The notes under the pieces are model-generated. The model did not search any database. It was not told where the DNA came from and saw only the letters and a list, made by a program, of their open reading frames with translations. This document shows, piece by piece, positions 7,720-18,399 of a stretch of 64,000 nt of DNA. Origin of the DNA: an uncultured Verrucomicrobiales bacterium. GTDB taxonomy: Bacteria > Verrucomicrobiota > Verrucomicrobiia > Verrucomicrobiales > DEV007. Position numbers and translations under genes: made by a program. The first letter of the stretch is position 1, and each line of letters starts with the position of its first letter. Location: the NCBI GenBank assembly GCA_938091905.1, contig CALKOM010000062.1, positions 1 through 64,000 on the forward strand, read 5' to 3'.

Positions 7720-9927
7720 TTACCTACCTAGTAGCTTTCGGATGCGCACCGCGCAGGCTTTGTAGCTAGGTTGTCGGGAGTGCGGGTCCATGGTGGGATG
7801 GGTCAGCCTATTCGTTTCCGTATAGTGCATCGGCATGAAAAGCTGGCCTTGGCCGACGGTGGGTGTCACCACAAGCCGGCACGTGGCTTGGCCGTGTCTG
7901 GAACGGATCCAAACCTGTTCATTGGCTTTTAGCCCTGTGGCTTCCGCATCGGTGGGATGCATCTCAATATAGGCGTCCTCTGGGTAGAGGCGACGGAGAA
8001 TTCCTGACTTCCCGGTGCGCGTTTGGGTGTGCCACTGAGCCGAGGTGCCTCGACCGGTCATTAAAGTGAACGGGAAGGAATCGTCTGTGGGCTCGGGATT
8101 TGGCTGAACGTCGTCGAACAGAAATTTGGCGCGTTTGTCTTTAGTGTAGAAATGCCCATCCTCGAACAGTCGTCGTTCCGACTGTTCGAGGTGGGCTTCC
8201 CCCTCCCCACATGGCCATTGCCGACCACCAGCGTCATCGATCTCGCGATAGTTTCCGATACCCGTGATGTCACAGGGCTTCTCCCGACTAAGCTCTTTGA
8301 GAATGTTGAACACGGCTTCCGGAGATTCCCAGCGATCCATCCATTCTCCGCACCCCCATGTCTTAGCCAAGTAGCGGAAGATATGAAAATCTGCTAGAGC
8401 CTCGCCCGGCGCCCGCTTTACTTTCTTTGTCACGCCCACGCGACGTTCTGAATTGATGAAGGTGCCTTCTTTCTCGCCCCATCCGGCAGCTGGCAGTATT
8501 AGGTCAGCCATTTGTGCGGAATCGGTGCTCACGTAGATGTCTTGCACCACGAGGAAGTCTAACTTCGCCATCAGCCTTCGCATGCGTTCCCGGTTTCCCC
8601 ACGAATGCACGCCATTGGTGGCAATCATCCAGAGGGCACGAGTATCACCTCTTTCTATCCCATCAATGATCTGATCATAGGCCTTGCTAGGCCCATTAGG
8701 AAGGCGTGCAGAATCGATGCCCAATGTCTTAGCGACTTTCTCACGGTGCGTTGGGTTCGCGAAGTCATGCCCCCCTAACAGATTAGTGGTATTACTGAAC
8801 AACCGCGAGCCCATGGCATTGCATTGGCCCGTGATCGAGTTCGCTCCGGTGCCTGGCCTACCAATATTCCCCGTCATCAGCGCCAGATTGATGATGGCTT
8901 GAGCAGTTCGAGTGGCCTCGTAGCTTTGGTTTACGCCCATGGTCCACCAGAGGGAAACGCGTTCCTTGGTGCCGATTGACTTGGCTAACTGATAGATTAC
9001 TTCCTTAGAGATTCCACTTACTGTGGCCACCGTCTTTGGATCGAACTGCTTCACATGAGCGGCAAAGGCTTCAAATCCAGACGTATGACTATCTATGTAG
9101 CTTTGATCCACCCAGCCTTCTCGAATGATGAGATGAGCCAGACCATAGAAGAGTGTCAGATCAGACTTCGGTCGCAGCGGCAAATGGCTGGTGGCCTGTG
9201 CCGCTGTCTCGGTCGTCCTTGGATCAATGACAATGATCTCAGGCGAACGTTTGTTCTTTAGCACGCGCTGCCACATGATGGGATGTGCGATGCATAGATT
9301 GGATCCGATCAGCACGATCACATTCGATTCCTCGAAATCCGCAAACGTGTACGGAGGCGCGTCGAATCCAAAGGACTGCTTGTAGGCCATGACCGAAGTC
9401 GCCATGCACTGCCGAGTGTTTCCATCGCCATGCCGCATGCCCATACCAAACTTGGCGAAGCTGCCTAATAAGGCCATTTCCTCAGTGCATATCTGTCCTG
9501 TGCTCAGAAAGGCGGCCGACTCTTCACCATGGTTGTTGAGGGTGTTCCGCATGCGATCACAGAAGATCTGTGCTGCTTCTGGCCACGAAATAGGTTTTAA
9601 GGGGGCGTCTCTCGACGAACGGTACATAGGCGTGGTTGCGCGATCAGAGGCACCTAGCGGCTCTAACGCTTCCCAGCCTTTCGGACATGCCATGCCGATA
9701 TTTACAGGATATACCGCCTCTGGTGTGAGATTGACGGCTTCCCCTTCTCTGAGGTGGATGTTTAAGGCGCACCCTGTCGAGCAATAGCCGCACACGCTGG
9801 TCGTCGTAGCGTCTGGCTTGACAAGCGCGGGCACTTGGCCCAGGCCGAAGCTTCCTGGCTCCCGAAGGAGTTGTTCGGTCAGTGGACCTTCGAAGGCCCG
9901 CCATGTGGGGAGCTTGGCTTTCATCAT
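7720..9927 (-). CDS. nasA: Assimilatory-type nitrate reductase catalytic subunit (Mo-bisPGD)
   Basis: CGYCSTGC...CPKG 4Fe-4S motif, RQCM Mo ligand, [19 protein letters not shown] 9927 overlaps the upstream TGA; no Tat signal. Confidence 0.9.
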   Translation of the reverse strand: MMKAKLPTWRAFEGPLTEQLLREPGSFGLGQVPALVKPDATTTSVCGYCSTGCALNIHLREGEAVNLTPEAVYPVNIGMACPKGWEALEPLGASDRATTPMYRSSRDAPLKPISWPEAAQIFCDRMRNTLNNHGEESAAFLSTGQICTEEMALLGSFAKFGMGMRHGDGNTRQCMATSVMAYKQSFGFDAPPYTFADFEESNVIVLIGSNLCIAHPIMWQRVLKNKRSPEIIVIDPRTTETAAQATSHLPLRPKSDLTLFYGLAHLIIREGWVDQSYIDSHTSGFEAFAAHVKQFDPKTVATVSGISKEVIYQLAKSIGTKERVSLWWTMGVNQSYEATRTAQAIINLALMTGNIGRPGTGANSITGQCNAMGSRLFSNTTNLLGGHDFANPTHREKVAKTLGIDSARLPNGPSKAYDQIIDGIERGDTRALWMIATNGVHSWGNRERMRRLMAKLDFLVVQDIYVSTDSAQMADLILPAAGWGEKEGTFINSERRVGVTKKVKRAPGEALADFHIFRYLAKTWGCGEWMDRWESPEAVFNILKELSREKPCDITGIGNYREIDDAGGRQWPCGEGEAHLEQSERRLFEDGHFYTKDKRAKFLFDDVQPNPEPTDDSFPFTLMTGRGTSAQWHTQTRTGKSGILRRLYPEDAYIEMHPTDAEATGLKANEQVWIRSRHGQATCRLVVTPTVGQGQLFMPMHYTETNRLTHPTMDPHSRQPSYKACAVRIRKLLGR

Positions 9928-11393
9928 ATACCAGGCATCTTGGCCTCGTCGACGGCGCGAAAGAAGAGAGAACGCGCTGCGAGTTCGGTAAGTACGAGTA
10001 AAAACAGCGTCACCCACGGGCTCGTGAACTCAGAAGTTGCCAACCCCACAAATGCCAATGCAGTCAGAAATCGTAGCCACGTGGTGGTGCGAAGCGGACC
10101 ACACATGAGATCATGAGGACGTTGTTCCGTTTCATCAGGCTCAAACAAGATACTTGCTTCCATTCCTAGCAATAGCACTATAGGTACTACCGTTAGGAAA
10201 GGTGCAGGCGAGAATAGAAGCCCCGCGCTTAGAGCGGTCACGAAGAATCGGCTCATAGTTTGCGAAAAACGCCAGAAAGATCGGCGAGTGTCTGCATATA
10301 CATTGACCGACGCAAACAATCCAGTGACACCGAGAGCTGCGGCGCTTGCTCCAAGTAGCGATGTGATCACGTCAGGGAGATCCATCCAAACCGAACCGAG
10401 AAAGGCTATCATAGTTCCAATCCACAAATTGAAGGCGATGATCTCACGACTCAACCAAGAGCGCCTCCATCCGAGGATGGCACGCCATGCCTGAGTCGGT
10501 CGCCCTAGGTGCATGATGCTACCAGCCAATCCGAGACAACCGATGGCCACGCTCGCGATCAACGCAGTGAGATCTTCGGAGTCACCGAGCCATACAGCCA
10601 CGCTGATCCCTACGCTGATGGGCACCATGACGAGCATCCAGACGAGTGGGAAGTGCCCATGTCCTGTGTGTAGGCTTTCGGCATCTGCGGGCATCTGATC
10701 GGAAGAGGTATCCAAGTTCGTGTAAACCGTCGACGGCTTGGTGTAGCCAGAATCAAAGGTGCCAGGTAGAAGCCGCACTCCGGCGTCAGCTCCCTCCTGT
10801 GGGACGATGCGAATCCGAATGGCCTGGTTTGGGCAGGCTTGGACACAGGCAGGCGCTTCACCTTCTGCCAACCGTGACTGACACATGTCGCACTTGCGAA
10901 CAATGCCAAGTCGATCGTTGTATTTGGGCACATCGTAGGGACACTTCAACTCGCAATAGCGACAGCCCATGCATTGATCGTCCAGGTGACGCACAATGCC
11001 AGTCTTTGCATCCTTCTCATAGGCCAGGGTGGGGCAGCCATTAGCACAGGCAGGATCCGCACAGTGGTGGCAGGCGGTGGTCACCACTTGCTGGGTAGCT
11101 ACCCCTTGACGATCCCCGACAAGCAATCCCACATCACGCCACGACTCCTCTGGGTCTAGTCCATTGAGATGATTGCAGGCACTGACACAGGCTTTGCAGC
11201 CACTGCAGGCCTCTAGATCGACTTCAAATCCATATTGCTCGCCAGGTTTCGGTGCCGATAGCGGCAGAAGTTCTTTGTAGAAACGTTCCTGGATCGGCGA
11301 GGTCACCTGTGTATGCCGTTGTGAGAACCGCTCAACGGCTGTCAGAGCCTGCTGATCTAGCAAGAGCTCATCGATGAGCGTGAGTTGGTTCAT
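9924..11393 (-). CDS. Fused 4Fe-4S ferredoxin (DmsB-like) + DmsC-type membrane anchor
   Basis: [37 protein letters not shown]; then multiple TM helices with HLGRP and SWLSREI. Confidence 0.9.
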   Translation of the reverse strand: MNQLTLIDELLLDQQALTAVERFSQRHTQVTSPIQERFYKELLPLSAPKPGEQYGFEVDLEACSGCKACVSACNHLNGLDPEESWRDVGLLVGDRQGVATQQVVTTACHHCADPACANGCPTLAYEKDAKTGIVRHLDDQCMGCRYCELKCPYDVPKYNDRLGIVRKCDMCQSRLAEGEAPACVQACPNQAIRIRIVPQEGADAGVRLLPGTFDSGYTKPSTVYTNLDTSSDQMPADAESLHTGHGHFPLVWMLVMVPISVGISVAVWLGDSEDLTALIASVAIGCLGLAGSIMHLGRPTQAWRAILGWRRSWLSREIIAFNLWIGTMIAFLGSVWMDLPDVITSLLGASAAALGVTGLFASVNVYADTRRSFWRFSQTMSRFFVTALSAGLLFSPAPFLTVVPIVLLLGMEASILFEPDETEQRPHDLMCGPLRTTTWLRFLTALAFVGLATSEFTSPWVTLFLLVLTELAARSLFFRAVDEAKMPGI

Positions 11394-13183
11394 GCGGCCA
11401 CTTCTTCTTCGCTCAAAACCAAAGTCTCCAAAGCGCCGATGTCATGCCGAGTCGTAAAACTAATGAAAGATTCCTTCTTAAGGCGATGTTTCATATAAGA
11501 GACCAGAAGTGTGTGCATCTTTCGATTTAGATCATCTCCAGCCGGGACACTCTTGAAGAGTTGGCGCCCCAACGTCTTCTGATTCGTACCAAAACCACCA
11601 CCAACGAAGATGTGGTATCCCTCGACGGGCTCGTCTTGATCCTCTACTTTCACCTTGCAAGCTAACAAGCCGATATCACCGATGTAGTGTTGAGCGCAGG
11701 AGTGAGGGCAACCTGTGACATGAATGTTGATCGGTTGATCCAATATAATTCGTCTCTCAAGGTAGTCGACCACCTCAAGCGCATGCCCCTTCGTGTCGGA
11801 GCTCGCAAACTTGCAGTAGCGATTGCCTGTGCAAGCCGCGACACCGCCCCGAATCAGGCTTGCCTCGCAACGCAATCCACTTTTTGCCAGAGCTGCCTTG
11901 GCAGCTTCGACCTGATCGTCTGGGATATTCGGAATAATAATGTTCTGATAGATGGTTAACCGCATCTCACCGTTGCCAAAGCGCTCTGACACATCTGCGA
12001 AGACGCGCGCTTCCTCGCTCTGCAGAAGCCCCACCGGGACATACACACCGAGCCAATTCATACCAGCTTGCTTCTGAGGATGTAGACCCAAATGGGCATG
12101 GGGCACCTCGGGCTTATCGACAACATTTATCAAAACATCATCCTCAGGCAGACGGAGCAAGGGTTCTCCGAAGATCTCTTCCGCCTCAGCAAGAAACTTG
12201 TCCACGCCCCACTCCTTCAGAAGATAGATCAACCGAGACTTCCCACGGTTACTGCGATTCCCGTTACGAATGTAGGTTCGGGTCAATGCCGCGATGACTT
12301 CCGTGGCGTCTTCTGGTCGGCAGATCACTCCACAGTCTTCAGCAAATTCTTGATGCCCCGTCACGCCGCCGAGCAAGATCTTAAAGTAGACACCAGCCTT
12401 CACCTTGCCATGAAGCGGATGGCCTTCTACGGGCTCACTTAGCTGGATGGCACGCAATCCAATATCGTTCGTATCCTCGGCTACCTTACACAACCCACCG
12501 CCATCCATCGACACATTAAACTTCCGCGGAAGATCGTAGAACTCTTGATTGTTCACGATGTAATGCGCCAGATCTTTAATGTGGGGCATCACATCGATTA
12601 GCTCATGCGGATCGAAACCAGCCGTCGGGCTCGCCGTAAAGTTCCGTAGATTGTCTGCCCCCGCTCCTCGCGAGGTCAGCCCACAATCTTGCAAACGTCG
12701 GATCAGTTCAGGTGTGTCTCTCGGTTTCACCACACGCAGCTGAAAGTTGTTCCGCGTCGTGATCTGCAAGTAACCCCAAGCGATGTCATCTGTGATCGAC
12801 GCCAATTCGCGCATCTGTGAGGACGACACCGTCCCACCCGGCATGCGCAGCCGACACATGTAGCCCTCATGCAGGGGCCCTAACCAGAACAGTCCGTTCC
12901 ACTTAAAGCGAAACACATCCTCCTTCTCCGGAGCCTCATTCCCCTTCGCCCGCTTTCTGAGAATCGGAAACGCATCAAAAGGATGCAGCTCCCGCTTCAT
13001 CTTCTCTTCCGGAATGATCTTCGCCTTCCTCTTCGGCTGGGGGCCCGCCTCCGGCTCCGCATTGGCAAAGCTCACGCCACGATTCTTCAGTCCGGTGAAG
13101 AACCCATCAAGATAGGCTTGCTGATCCGAAGACACAGTCTCTCCAGCTACTTTCTCAGGAATAGATGGAACGGATGAAGGCAT
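11390..13183 (-). CDS. nirA: Siroheme nitrite reductase, NirA family
   Basis: ITTRNNFQLR, LPRKFN, ACTGNRYC and TGCPHSC siroheme/4Fe-4S motifs; start chosen at MPSSV downstream of the sigma54-like promoter. Confidence 0.9.
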   Translation of the reverse strand: MPSSVPSIPEKVAGETVSSDQQAYLDGFFTGLKNRGVSFANAEPEAGPQPKRKAKIIPEEKMKRELHPFDAFPILRKRAKGNEAPEKEDVFRFKWNGLFWLGPLHEGYMCRLRMPGGTVSSSQMRELASITDDIAWGYLQITTRNNFQLRVVKPRDTPELIRRLQDCGLTSRGAGADNLRNFTASPTAGFDPHELIDVMPHIKDLAHYIVNNQEFYDLPRKFNVSMDGGGLCKVAEDTNDIGLRAIQLSEPVEGHPLHGKVKAGVYFKILLGGVTGHQEFAEDCGVICRPEDATEVIAALTRTYIRNGNRSNRGKSRLIYLLKEWGVDKFLAEAEEIFGEPLLRLPEDDVLINVVDKPEVPHAHLGLHPQKQAGMNWLGVYVPVGLLQSEEARVFADVSERFGNGEMRLTIYQNIIIPNIPDDQVEAAKAALAKSGLRCEASLIRGGVAACTGNRYCKFASSDTKGHALEVVDYLERRIILDQPINIHVTGCPHSCAQHYIGDIGLLACKVKVEDQDEPVEGYHIFVGGGFGTNQKTLGRQLFKSVPAGDDLNRKMHTLLVSYMKHRLKKESFISFTTRHDIGALETLVLSEEEVAA

Positions 13184-13197
13184 GCGTATCATGTGAT

Positions 13198-13276
13198 GCG
13201 CCATTCATGCCAGAACGAGGCTTGAGCGACGGAGCATCTGAGCTTCTTCCTCATTCCTGCTATGAATCCGATTCAT
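13198..13276 (-). promoter_or_regulatory. nirA promoter: sigma54-like -24/-12 plus upstream palindromic operator
   Basis: Minus strand TGGCATGAATGGCGC (GG 13211-13210, GC 13199-13198); TCAT-N7-ATGA at 13251-13265. Confidence 0.7.
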
Positions 13277-13353
13277 GGTGGCCGTGATGGACCTTCTGCT
13301 GACCGAACGATAATCGAGGGACTGCTAGATTGACACAAGATGAACATGGTTCT

Positions 13354-13646
13354 CAGGAAATCTCTAACCTGATGGTGATTGGTTGTGCATCCAAGGTTCA
13401 CAACACTTTCGGGTTTGGGTTTCTTAATCGGTCTAGGAGAAGGGTTTACTCACTAAGCTAAACATTGCTGAGAACTTCTTTGCTGACATTCTTGCCGACG
13501 TTCGGCTTATCATCGAGCTGACGTCGGTGGTCTCATTGAGCAAAGCACACGAAGTGTAGTTGGTGAACTATCTCAATGCCACGAGCATCGAAGACGGTCA
13601 ATTCATCAACTTTGGCCGGCAGAAAGTGGAACTGAAACCTAAGTAA
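13354..13646 (+). pseudogene. GxxExxY-family protein remnant
   Basis: VIGCASKVHNTFGFGFL, then a frame change to FFADILADVRLIIELTSVVSLSKAHEV*LVNYLNATSIEDGQFINFG; internal stops and missing middle. Confidence 0.8.
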
Positions 13647-13681
13647 AGAACCTTCCGTCAGCCCTAACCAAAAGTTGTTCA

Positions 13682-13747
13682 GACATGATGAACAGGATAA
13701 GAAGCGACCGCATCGACTGACATCCTGTTTATCTCGTAGATCCTGTC
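13682..13747. repeat. REP-like inverted repeat next to the GxxExxY remnant
   Basis: gacatgatgaacaggat ... atcctgtttatctcgtagatcctgtc. Confidence 0.5.
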
Positions 13748-13777
13748 CAGAAGTTGAGGAGCGGTTCCGGTCGTCAA

Positions 13778-15436
13778 TTAGTAAACGTCACGTTGGTAGC
13801 GCTTGGCTTTCTTCATGGCGCTGACATAATCTGTGGCAGCTTCTTTGCTGAGGTTGCCGTGGGTTTCGACGGCGTCATGGAGTGCCTGGTCGACGTCTTT
13901 CGCCATGCGTTTGGCGTCGCCGCAGACATAGAGATGGGCGCCCTCTTCGAGCCATAGCCAGAGTTCGGCACCGGCTTCACGCATGCGGTCTTGGACGTAA
14001 ACTTTGGTGTCTTGATCCCTGGACCAGGCAGTGCTCAGTTTGGACAGGACACCTGTGTCTGACATTTTGTCAAACTCCTCTTGGTAAAACCAATCGGTGG
14101 CTTCGTGAGGGTTGCCGAAGAAAAGCCAGTTCTTTCCTGGGGAATTGGTTGCGGCGCGTTCTTCGAGGAAGGCACGGAAGGGAGCGATGCCTGTGCCGGG
14201 GCCAACCATGATGACGGGGACGCTCAGATCGGTGGGCAGCTTGAAGTGTTTGGCTGTTTGGAGGAAGACCGGGACAGTCCTGTCGCCGTTCACGCGGTCT
14301 GCTAAATACGTTGAGCAGACACCTTTGCGAGGGCGACCGTCACATTCGTACTGCACTTTCGCTACAGTTAGGTGGACTTCGTCAGGATGGGCCTTAGGGC
14401 TGGAGGAAATAGAGTAGAGACGTGGGCCGAGCTTTCTTAGAAGAGAGACAAAGGCGTTGGCATTTTGAAACCTAGGTTTCGTGGCATTGGCGAGGTCGAT
14501 CACTTCATGGAAATCGCCCTCGACGGGGACTGGCCATTCCTTGAGCATGGCCGGACTGACGGCACGGATATCATAGCGCTCCAAGAGGGCTTCACGCAAT
14601 GGAGTGCCATCAATTTGCTCTGCCGGATCTAGAGAGATTGCCTCGATGACCTCGTCGACTAGCATGGGATCGTTCTTGCCATAGACGCCGAGGACATCTC
14701 CGACTTCGTAGCTCATACCGGAGCCTTCGAGACTGAACTCGAAGTGTCGTGTGTCGCGTTCCGAATCTTCGGCATTCAGAAGTCGATTGGTGAGCAGTTT
14801 CGCAGGAAACGGGTTCTTCTTTGAATAGCTGACCGTTTCAGATTCTGGAGCGTCACTCTTTGCTTCAGCGGTGGCGCCAAGAGCCTTCAGGGTGGACTCA
14901 AACCAGGCACTGGAGGTTTCCTCAAAGTCTGTATCGCAATCACCGCGGGGAGCAAATCTTGTGGCACCGAGGGCCTCCAGACGTTCATCGAACTTCTTGC
15001 CCATGCCACAGAATTCGAGGTAATTCGTGTCGCCGAGGCCGAGCACGGCATACTTCAAGCCATCAAGCTTTCTGAAACCATCATTGGAAAGAGCTTCCCA
15101 GAAATCGACCGCATTGTCAGGAGGATCGCCTTCTCCCCAAGTACTTGAGACGATGATGAGGGCTTTTTCGTGGCTCAATTCTTCAGCTGCAAACTCATCC
15201 ATGGCGAGTACGGGCGCCTCAAATCCAGCTGTCATCAGTTGCTCGCCAAAGCCTCCGGCCAGTGTTTCACAATTGCCAGACTGAGAGGCATACAGCACGA
15301 GAACACGTTCTTTTGATGTTGCCTCAACCGAAGGCGACGAGGACGTGTCCGAGTAGAGTGCAGCGAGGTAACCGTTTAGCCAAAGGCGCTGGACGGCATT
15401 GAAGGGGGCAGACGCCGGAATTTCTGGGGGCGACAT
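13778..15436 (-). CDS. CysJ-like diflavin reductase (sulfite reductase flavoprotein family), probable electron donor to NirA
   Basis: Flavodoxin ASQSGNCE / STWGEGDPP, RLYSISSS, GPGTGIAPF, YVCGDA, RYQRDVY. Confidence 0.9.
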   Translation of the reverse strand: MSPPEIPASAPFNAVQRLWLNGYLAALYSDTSSSPSVEATSKERVLVLYASQSGNCETLAGGFGEQLMTAGFEAPVLAMDEFAAEELSHEKALIIVSSTWGEGDPPDNAVDFWEALSNDGFRKLDGLKYAVLGLGDTNYLEFCGMGKKFDERLEALGATRFAPRGDCDTDFEETSSAWFESTLKALGATAEAKSDAPESETVSYSKKNPFPAKLLTNRLLNAEDSERDTRHFEFSLEGSGMSYEVGDVLGVYGKNDPMLVDEVIEAISLDPAEQIDGTPLREALLERYDIRAVSPAMLKEWPVPVEGDFHEVIDLANATKPRFQNANAFVSLLRKLGPRLYSISSSPKAHPDEVHLTVAKVQYECDGRPRKGVCSTYLADRVNGDRTVPVFLQTAKHFKLPTDLSVPVIMVGPGTGIAPFRAFLEERAATNSPGKNWLFFGNPHEATDWFYQEEFDKMSDTGVLSKLSTAWSRDQDTKVYVQDRMREAGAELWLWLEEGAHLYVCGDAKRMAKDVDQALHDAVETHGNLSKEAATDYVSAMKKAKRYQRDVY

Positions 15437-15439
15437 CAG

Positions 15440-16234
15440 TTAGGCAACTTTGGTTGGACGGTGTGCGGAGCGTTCCTCCAGAAAAGTGATGAGATGGTCG
15501 CGATACTCGTAGTAGAGTTCTGTGTTCATGATCTCAGAGCGGTCGCGAGGACGATTAAACTTGATGGACAGGATGTCTCCGATTCCAGCTGCAGGTCCGT
15601 TGGTCATCATGATAATGCGATCCGCGAGGTAGATGGCTTCATCCACATCGTGTGTCACCATCATGGCTGTGAGACGTTCGCGATTCCAGAGATCTAACAG
15701 AACTTGCTGAAGCTCGAACTTGGTAAGTTTGTCGAGCATACCGAAAGGCTCATCGAGCAAGAGCATACGGGGAGAGAGTGCAAAGGCCCGAGCTAAGCCA
15801 ACTCGCTGGCGCATGCCGCCTGAAAGTTCATCTGGTCGTTTGTGCATGCTGCCAGCCAGCCCCACCATGGTCAGGTAGTAGGTAGCCACTTGTCGTCGTT
15901 CCGGTTTGCTGGCGTGGTAGTAGACCTGATCCACTCCGAGCATGACATTCTCATACGCGGTCATCCAGGGGAGCAAGCAAGGCGCCTGGAAGACTACACC
16001 ACGATCAGGCCCAGCTCCGTTGATTTCGCGTTCGCCTAATACAACGGTGCCATCAGAGATTTCATTGAGGCCAGCCACCATCGAGAGTACTGTCGATTTG
16101 CCGCAGCCAGAGTGGCCAATGATGCATACAAATTCGCCCTTATCGATCTTGAGATTAAAGTCCTCGACAATCACGGCGTCTCCCTTCGGTGTTTTGTAGG
16201 TCTTGCCGAGATGGATGCATTCAAAGTAGGACAT
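15440..16234 (-). CDS. nrtD: Nitrate ABC transporter ATP-binding protein (NrtD-like)
   Basis: [23 protein letters not shown]. Confidence 0.88.
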   Translation of the reverse strand: MSYFECIHLGKTYKTPKGDAVIVEDFNLKIDKGEFVCIIGHSGCGKSTVLSMVAGLNEISDGTVVLGEREINGAGPDRGVVFQAPCLLPWMTAYENVMLGVDQVYYHASKPERRQVATYYLTMVGLAGSMHKRPDELSGGMRQRVGLARAFALSPRMLLLDEPFGMLDKLTKFELQQVLLDLWNRERLTAMMVTHDVDEAIYLADRIIMMTNGPAAGIGDILSIKFNRPRDRSEIMNTELYYEYRDHLITFLEERSAHRPTKVA

Positions 16235-16248
16235 GATCTATGTAGGAG

Positions 16249-17151
16249 CTAGAGGGATTGCAGGACTTTGCGTTTCTTGGGGCGTAGGCCGCGGAACCAA
16301 GAAGGCTTATGCATGGAGATATCGATCGGAGAGATATTGGGAAGAACCACCGGCTCGTTCGACTGCTGGAGACGTTCTTTCTCCTTCTGGGCCAGCAAGT
16401 AGCTGATCAATTCATGGCGCATCTTCCGAGCCGACGGGTTTGTATGCAGTGCTCGACGATCACGTGGTCGCGGTAGATCAACGCTTACCTCAGGCCCAAG
16501 CGTGGCACCAGGGCCCACGCTGAGAGGAATGACGCGATCAGCCATGTAAAGTGCCTCATCGACATCATTCGTAATTAGGATAATGGTCTGATTGCGTTTC
16601 TGCCAGATCTCTAGGATCTGATCCTGAATCACACTTCGCGTGAGTGCATCCAGGGCACTCAAGGGCTCATCGAGCAGTAGAATGTCCGGGTTAGTCGCTA
16701 GCGTCCGCGCCACTGAGGTACGCTGACGCATGCCGCCAGACAATTCACCTGGGCGCTTGCTCAGGGCTGGTGTCAAATTAACCTGCTCCACGGAGTCGAG
16801 AATCCGTTGTTCGCGTTCTGACTTTGAGGCATCTCCGTAGACTTCGTTGACCGACAGCGCGACATTGTCTTTCACGGTGAACCAAGGAAGTAACGAGTAG
16901 TTTTGAAAAACCACCCCCCTTTGCGGACTGGGGCCCTCGACGGAGGCTCCATCCACAGCGATGGTGCCTCCAGAAGGCTTTGTTAGTCCAGCAAGTAGGG
17001 ATATGAGGGTCGTCTTCCCTGTTCCGGAATAGCCCACTATGGCAATGAATTCGCCTTTCTTAACCTGTAGATTAATATCCGTTAAGATATCAGTTTGTTC
17101 CGTCCCGGAACCAAAGGATTTGCTGACGTTCGTGAGATCGATATAGATCAT
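16249..17151 (-). CDS. nrtC: Nitrate ABC transporter ATP-binding protein (NrtC-like)
   Basis: [33 protein letters not shown]. Confidence 0.85.
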   Translation of the reverse strand: MIYIDLTNVSKSFGSGTEQTDILTDINLQVKKGEFIAIVGYSGTGKTTLISLLAGLTKPSGGTIAVDGASVEGPSPQRGVVFQNYSLLPWFTVKDNVALSVNEVYGDASKSEREQRILDSVEQVNLTPALSKRPGELSGGMRQRTSVARTLATNPDILLLDEPLSALDALTRSVIQDQILEIWQKRNQTIILITNDVDEALYMADRVIPLSVGPGATLGPEVSVDLPRPRDRRALHTNPSARKMRHELISYLLAQKEKERLQQSNEPVVLPNISPIDISMHKPSWFRGLRPKKRKVLQSL

Positions 17152-17159
17152 GGCGAGGA

Positions 17160-18305
17160 CTAGATACTTTGCTCTTCGTAAGTGACGAGGCGTTGGAATA
17201 CGAGCATGATGCGGTCTAGCATGAAGCCAATAGCGCCAATGAAAAGGACAGCGATGATAATCTGAGCTGTGCTCGCTGTATCGCCATTCTGATACATGTC
17301 CCAGACAAATTTTCCGAGCCCTTGGTTTTGCGACATCATGTCAGCAGCTACTAATACCATCCATCCGACGCCAATGGAAACCCTCAGCCCGGTGAAGATC
17401 AGTGGTAGTGAAGACGGTAAGACGATCTTCCAGATGCGTTTGAACCACCCGAGCTTGAGCGCTTTGGCCACGTTGAGATGATCCTTGTCGATAGCAGCGA
17501 CCCCCACCGCTGTATTGACCAATGTCGGCCATAGTGAACACAAGGTGACGACACCTGCCGAGGTAAAGAGTGCTCGTTGCCAGATACTCGCAGCGGGCGG
17601 CTGGTCAATGCCCCAGGTGGTGAAGACGAAGACGATTGGAAACCACGCCAAGGGAGACACGGGTTTGAATAGCTGAATCAGAGGATTCAGTGCCGTGTTT
17701 ACCAATGGCGACAAACCACAGAGAATTCCCAATGGTACTGCGATCAAAGTCGCTATGAGGAAGCCCACAGCAATGGTGAGAATGGAGATGCCGATCTGGT
17801 CAAAGAATGTCGTCGTGCCTTGATAGACTTTCGCATTCTCCTTAGAAATTCGTTTTTCGATTGACTCAGCGCGGCTTACATTTCCAGAATCTCGGGCCTG
17901 AAAGGCCATCGTTTTGTAATTGGCTACGCGTTCGTTAAGAGACTGATAGTAGTCTTTCTCCTTGGATTTCTCTGCGGCCGAGAATGCTAACATGTCTTTC
18001 CAAGCTACCCACGTTTCCGCAGGGCTAGGAATCTTTTGGCTATCGGTCTTCACAGTGCCTGCACAATATTGCCAGGCAAGAAGTACTATAATGAACGCCA
18101 GAACCGGGAGGAGCGTGTTTTGCGTAATTGCTTTGACTTGCTTGCTAGGTTCGTCTCGACCGATCAGTCGTGCAATGGGCGAGAAATAGCCGAGGCCAAG
18201 TTTGTCTAGCGTGTGGGCAACTTGGTTTGGATTGTAGGTAAACTTTTTCTTGGCAGGATGAAGTCCTTCTACCGTGGTTGGACTGCTAGCGGTGGTAGAG
18301 TTCAT
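17160..18305 (-). CDS. nrtB: Nitrate ABC transporter permease (NrtB-like)
   Basis: FKPVSPLAW, LWPTLVNTAVGV, IFTGLRVSIGVGWMVLVAADM; start MNSTT. Confidence 0.88.
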   Translation of the reverse strand: MNSTTASSPTTVEGLHPAKKKFTYNPNQVAHTLDKLGLGYFSPIARLIGRDEPSKQVKAITQNTLLPVLAFIIVLLAWQYCAGTVKTDSQKIPSPAETWVAWKDMLAFSAAEKSKEKDYYQSLNERVANYKTMAFQARDSGNVSRAESIEKRISKENAKVYQGTTTFFDQIGISILTIAVGFLIATLIAVPLGILCGLSPLVNTALNPLIQLFKPVSPLAWFPIVFVFTTWGIDQPPAASIWQRALFTSAGVVTLCSLWPTLVNTAVGVAAIDKDHLNVAKALKLGWFKRIWKIVLPSSLPLIFTGLRVSIGVGWMVLVAADMMSQNQGLGKFVWDMYQNGDTASTAQIIIAVLFIGAIGFMLDRIMLVFQRLVTYEEQSI

Positions 18306-18343
18306 GATGAAATAGTTGTTGGTCTGATCAAAAGGTTTGTCGC

Positions 18344-18382
18344 GGCACTCCGGCCCACACAAAGCCTGAGTGCCTGAGTGCC
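18344..18382 (-). terminator. Intergenic stem-loop between nrtA and nrtB
   Basis: GGCACTC 18344-18350 pairs with GAGTGCC at 18368-18374 or 18376-18382. Confidence 0.4.
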
Positions 18383-18399
18383 AGGGTCCTAATAATGGT

